Shown one piece after another: positions 60,446-64,000 of a DNA stretch of 64,000 nt. This DNA comes from Octopus bimaculoides (Eukaryota), in NCBI RefSeq assembly GCF_001194135.2, contig NC_068984.1, forward strand, positions 102,102,146 through 102,166,145. Reading direction: 5' to 3'. Numbering within the stretch: position 1 is the stretch's first letter; each line of letters starts with the position of its first letter. The notes under the pieces are model-generated. The model saw nothing but the letters and a program-made list of their open reading frames with translations. It did no database searches and had not been told where the DNA came from. The position numbers and the translations under genes were made by a program.

Positions 60446-61275
60446 TCCTGGAGGGAAAGTGCGATGACGTACTCGGGGAAATTCTGGGCATCAATGAAGA
60501 TGAATTAACCAGTCTGTTTCAGAGAACTTTCAGGCATTTGCTTATGGATAACTTCCAGAAATCCCTTGCCTGACAGTTCAGGCTGTCTGTTTGAGATAAA
60601 TTTTACTGGCACGGAAGTGCTGTCAGCCAGGCCTGCCTGAGGTGGTTGCATAGTAATGAAACTGTTCTGCACGCCTTATCTAGTGCCCAAGTATAGCTGA
60701 TCTGTGGGTTTATATCAAACACCTGTTGTTGTGTGTAGGATGAATCTAGCTATTAGCTGAATCCATTGTGAGGATTGCCCCACTGCCCTCTTTTGGTGGG
60801 AGGGGAAGGCAATTTTTATTTGTCTAGTGGTTGTAGCAAAAGAGGTAGTGTGGTGGACTCATTTGAAAGAGCTAAAGACAGACACTTTCTTCTTTGGCCA
60901 AGCCCTCATCAACTTCTTCAAGTTTTACTTAAAGAGGAAAGTGAGAGTGGAGAAGGAAGTGTTGCCTTGGAGAAAGTTTGTTGAAAGGTGGGTGAATGTT
61001 GAAAGAATGGCAAGTGTGAAAGGACCAATTCCGAGCGTGCACCTGTAAAAAGGGAATTAAAAAAGCGTTCTTGCCCTGTTGATCCCATGGCTTTTGTCAG
61101 TTTTTCCACAAGGACCTTTAAAGCGCCTCCCCTATTAGCAGTTTTAATTTAATTTTTTATTGTTATAAATTGTTTACACGCTGTAAAACCCTATGTCTCG
61201 TCTTGTGTTGTCTTTTATGTTTGTGTTATGTCATTTAATGTCAGTGTATGTGAGCCATTGTGGCTAATAAAAGAA
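60446..61275 (+). mobile_element. Tx1/L1-type LINE 3' fragment (zf-RVT-like C-terminus and 3' UTR)
   Basis: DNFQKSLA*Q, ETVLHAL, AKEVVWWTHLK...FFKFYLKRKVRVEKEVL...RW; AATAAA at about 61266. Confidence 0.7.
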
Positions 61276-61295
61276 TTAATCATTATTATTATTAC

Positions 61296-62010
61296 TAAGG
61301 TAGCAAGTTGGCAGAATCATTAGCGTGTTGAAGAAAATGCTTCATGGCATTTCTTCCAGCTTTATGTTTTGAGTTCAAATTCTGCCGAGGTCGACTTTGC
61401 CTTTTATCCTTTTGGGGTCAATAAAATACATACTACTTATGCACTAGGGTTGATGCAATCAACTAGCTCCCTCTCACAAAATTTCAGCCCTGTGCCTATG
61501 GTAGAAAGGATTATTATTATTACTAAGGTGGCAAGCTGGCAAAATCCTTTACAGCATCAGACAAAATGATTCTTCTGAAGTCAAATTTGCCTTTCACCCT
61601 TTTGGGGTCATTAAAATCTAATACCAGTCAAGTGGTAGGGTTGATGTAATTGATTTGCTCCTCCGCTAAAATTTCTGGCTTTGTGCCAAAATTTGAAATA
61701 TTATTATAAATGCCAGGGTGGTAAATTGGCAGAATCGTTCCTGTGTCATAAAATGCCTTGCAACATTTTTTCCAGCTCTTTACATTTTGAGTTCAAATCC
61801 TGCCAAGGTCAGTTTTGCCATTTATCCTTCTGGAGTTAATAAATAAAGTACCAGTCAAATTCTGGAGTTGATTCAGTCAACTAACCCCTCCCTGCAAATT
61901 TATGTCCTTCTGTCTATTATTAGTAGTGTTAAGCAGGTAGAATGGCAGGAATGGTAAAGTGTTAGATTAAACATCCTGTCCCTTTACAATCTCAGTTCAG
62001 ATCCTACTGA
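61296..62010 (+). mobile_element. Four head-to-tail family-B SINEs (last one partial)
   Basis: Heads at about 61296, 61525, 61714 and 61930. Confidence 0.8.
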
Positions 62011-62044
62011 AGTATGTAGACTCTGCTGATAACAAAGAACTTCT

Positions 62045-62345
62045 CTGTTAGAATGAAGAGCAGATTGTAAGATGATTGTGTACGAAAGCAGTGTTGCATG
62101 GAAACAAGCTGTGGGTTTTGAATGCAGAGGATTTATGATGACTAGAAAGAAATGAAGTGAGCATGCTCTGCTGGATGTGTAATTTTAGTGAACATGAATG
62201 ACAGAATAGAAGTACAGAGAGAGAAAAACTGGATACAAAAGGAATCTGATGCAGAGCCTGAGAGAAGACAAAGAGAATGGACGTATAAAGGATGACAGTT
62301 GTATAAAGAATTGCAAAGCATTGAAAGTGGATGGAATGCGAGATA
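62045..62345 (+). mobile_element. RTE LINE RT C-terminal remnant
   Basis: CVR..VLHG..LWVLNAED, ERNEVSMLCWMCN and REKL motifs, with stops. Confidence 0.75.
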
Positions 62346-63654
62346 TTGGATTTCACCAAGGAAATGAGAAAGGACCATGATAATTAGCAATATGCAGTGC
62401 TGGAAAAGAAGATCTGCCAATTCACACAATTTGGAGGGATTTCAGTCCAGAATGTTAAGAGCTCTAACCCCAAAATTCAAAATATATACACTGTCACAAA
62501 TATTTCTTTCAGTCATCACTTTATATAAGCTTAAATTAAATTATTTGTTAGAATTGATGGAAAGATTTTGAGGGGTGGTTTTTAAACTCATCACTAATAT
62601 TTGGGGATAAAATATGTCAGCAAATGCTATGTACATATATGAAACAACATAAAGACATTGAATTGGTATCTTTTCAATGGACTAAAAACCACCACCTCTA
62701 AAATGTATAGCCTTGTGCCAATCAATGTCAGAAATTAAACAAGTTAAGAAGATAATTTCCATGAGATCTTTCTGAAAAGAAATCATCACCATACTGACAT
62801 GATGATAAATCTGTATGTAGCCGTATAACCCTTTATTCTTTGAACTTTTTCTTTCCAATGAGTTTTCACTGACCTAGAGTAATTTAAAATGACTTAGGAA
62901 CCATTCTGAATTGTCATTGCAATTCATAAGTCAAATTATTTGATATCATTTTTCTTACTATTGGTTCTTTTATCACACATTTCAGACAGAAGCAGGTCTC
63001 GGTAAGTGACTTCCAACTTTTTCATAAAATTCAAATAATGACAGATATGAAATCCACGAATTGGTTCTTCCTGAAATAAAACATGTCAGTATAAGTGTAT
63101 GTAACACACACATATATGTATAGATATATTAATACAATAATACCTACATTCCCACCTTTTTATGTTCCATTCCAATGAAATTGAAGACAGAATGTATAAT
63201 AGAACATACCTACAGATTTAATAGCTAACACTGTGTAGGCTGTACACCAATACAATATGTTTGTGAACAGAAAAAGAAGTATACAGTTGAACGTATGATT
63301 CGATACTTGTTGGAGTCATTGTCAAATGCTGTAAACACACCAGCAATATTCCAACTAGCTGCCATGAAAAGTGTTAAATATATAAATTGGTCTATCCTCA
63401 GGTGCTAATAAGGATTCCAACAAGAACTGAAATGTGTACAACCATTCTCTCTTTTTCGGCCCATGGACATATAGATGTATTGTTTATAGTGGTTGTAATA
63501 CGCAGTGTGGGCTAATGAATCAACATATGTTCTAAAATATATTAAAGCAACAAAAAACCTCAAAAAACAAAAAAAAAACACTATATCAGTCATTTAATGT
63601 TATACACACACACACATATAAATGTAATAAATCAATATAAATTTATAGTACACG

Positions 63655-64000
63655 ACACTGCTTTTCCCCTTCCCAGGCTACAGGCCCACACCCCCAACAC
63701 CCATACTGTTAGGATTGGCACTCTCAACGTCGGCACGCTGAAAGGTAGATCTGGTGAAATTGTTGAGATGCTTGAACGGAGACGCGTAGATATGTGCTGC
63801 ATCCAGGAAGTAAGATGGAGAGGAGGTTCTGCGAGGTTCCTCACAGGCAAAGAACACAGGTACAAGATTTTCTGGGCAGGGAACACTTCTAGCGGAGAAA
63901 TGGGTGGATAAGGTAATCGAAGTCGTTAGAGTAAGTGACAGAGTACTTAAGATCAGACTAGTGCTTCATCATAGATTAGCTACTGTCATCTCAGCCTATG
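63655..64000 (+). mobile_element. RTE LINE 5' end, AP-endonuclease N-terminus, running off the window
   Basis: RIGTLNVGTLKGRSGEIVEMLERRRVDMCCIQEVRWRG; after a frameshift at about 63887 it continues AEKWVDKVIEVVRVSDRVLKIRLVLHHRLATVISAY. Confidence 0.92.

Noticed and set aside
62970-63007. Plus-strand AG|ACAGAAGCAGGTCTCG|GTAAGT micro-exon-like signal
   Set aside because: It lies 5 kb beyond the EPG5 stop, is 16 nt long and has no partner exons; most likely chance

Overview
Eukaryotic, AT-rich, microsatellite-rich genomic DNA, most likely an octopus (cephalopod), judged from its recurrent tRNA-derived SINE families and RTE LINEs with (GAT)n tails. The window is dominated by the 3' ~70% of one plus-strand gene, EPG5 (ectopic P-granules autophagy protein 5). 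I traced 33 GT-AG coding exons by hand from 1585 to the TGA at 57571-57573. They total 5406 nt (1801 aa plus stop), and every splice phase is compatible. The 5' part of the gene lies outside the window. Introns and the downstream flank hold many mobile-element remnants: two mariner copies, a Tc1 fragment, mariner-, hAT- and piggyBac-type MITEs, a solo LTR, RTE, R4/Dong, Tx1/L1 and CR1-like LINE fragments, and three SINE families. The most notable signal is a 275-bp, essentially loop-less palindrome in an intron (28903-29177). Each arm carries a complete minimal type I hammerhead-ribozyme motif with a compensatory G3:C8 core swap and a palindromic helix III, the architecture known from Penelope-like retroelements. 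A second long foldback element flanked by a 15-bp direct repeat (55025-55368) starts about 40 bp after the penultimate exon. All calls are by eye; no database search or folding program was run.
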